Made by a program: the position numbers and the translations under genes | Part shown: positions 63,130 to 64,000 of the stretch, piece by piece | Numbering within the stretch: position 1 is the first letter of the stretch | How the letters are laid out: the number at the start of each line of letters is the position of its first letter | Source: Callorhinchus milii | Lineage: Eukaryota | Length of the DNA stretch: 64,000 nt | NCBI RefSeq assembly: GCF_018977255.1 | Contig: NW_024704743.1 | Coordinates: 111,106,001 to 111,170,000 of the forward strand | Direction: 5' to 3' | Notes under the pieces: generated by a model | The model's database searches: none | What the model saw: the letters and a program-made list of their open reading frames with translations, nothing else | Told to the model about the DNA's origin: nothing

Positions 63130-63340
63130 AGTCTATGTTGAATCAGTTGTCTTCATTTAGCATAACGGTTAGGGCCACTACTATTGGCCTTAGCAACCCA
63201 GAGCCAGAAAAGCAAAGTAAAATATGGGGGAGGGGGGGAGGGTAACAACACAAGAATTTGCTAAACGGAAGAAGACCAAGGTCCATCCAGTTCATTTTCC
63301 ACCATTCTGGCAGTCGCATGCACATGTCATGAACCAAACT
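63130..63340 (+). mobile_element. Probable CR1-type 3' fragment
   Basis: gaagaagaccaaggtccatccagttc-type 3'UTR motif; orientation and family are weakly supported. Confidence 0.4.
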
Positions 63341-64000
63341 ATATACTATATTCTGAGATATTATTTCCTAACAGTAACCTAATGTAACAAAGGGGAAGGG
63401 GGGAGAGAGACATAAATAATAACTGGGGCATAAACTCTGTCTGTGTCTAAAAGGAAGGCATTAACTTGTAAAATCCTTGTAATGTCGGTGCTCGCTCATC
63501 CACTGGAAATCTGCTGCAATGTTTAATTGCTCAATCCATGTTTTTTTTTCTCCTATGTTTCCTCCAAAATGAAACATTGTTTTATACATTTTGAAAAGCC
63601 AACATTATCATTCTCGGCCTTCCACCACACATCCATTTTAATATGTCTCACAAGAGCCTTGAAGCAAGCGCATTACATCAGTGACTGTTGACAAAATGAC
63701 AAAGGATTTTATAGGAGGAAAGGCCATTAGTGCACGCTGAGCCACTTTAACATGGTAAATTAATCCTTGTGAACGCTGCACAAAAGCATAATACACTCAC
63801 AACAATGCTAAGTCTCTAGGAGATGGTTCGGAAAGACATTATCTGCTTGCCATACATAGAAAGAGTAAAAAAAAGTCGTAAGAGTGCAGTACTAACATAT
63901 ATTTGACATTTTTATTAAAAAAAGATTAGTAGCACGGGCGTCTAATTTGAGTATTCCTGTTTTAACAGCTACTGCAACAGTGACTTTATTGGTCTGGAGT

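Noticed and set aside
1..64000. CRISPR array, operon or prokaryotic/viral insert
   Set aside because: No regularly spaced repeats or gene-dense segment; the dispersed repeats are retroposons.

Overview
Vertebrate genomic DNA, AT-rich and dense in retroposons. The repeat landscape (tRNA-derived SINEs with Deu-type cores, L2 and CR1 LINE relics) points to a cartilaginous fish, probably a chimaera such as the elephant shark; this is an inference. The only host gene I can support is stathmin-2 (stmn2/SCG10) on the minus strand. Its 19-nt first coding exon (ATGTCTAAAACAGCAATCG|gtaag, MSKTAI-) lies at 5852-5870 and is missed by the ORF track. Upstream are a 5'UTR/promoter block resembling the human one and a near-consensus REST/NRSF site (RE1) at 6318-6338. 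Positions 1-5851 are stmn2 intron 1, and exon 2 lies outside the window. Positions ~6.4-64 kb are gene-free upstream DNA filled with layered retroposons. These include a modular young SINE in long and short forms, older Deu-type SINEs, several L2 subfamilies, CR1 relics, LF-SINE-like relics, a candidate solo LTR and an unclassified A-tailed element. The longer ORFs in the track that I can interpret are L2 reverse-transcriptase remnants, and the rest look like chance ORFs. I found no convincing novel multi-gene system. The best leads are the ancient REST control of stmn2, candidate poison exons in intron 1, and features of the L2/SINE system: a covarying 3' hairpin, tail-only insertions, clustered 5' truncations and nested insertions that order the families in time. 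Family names and human comparisons come from memory and need alignment to confirm.
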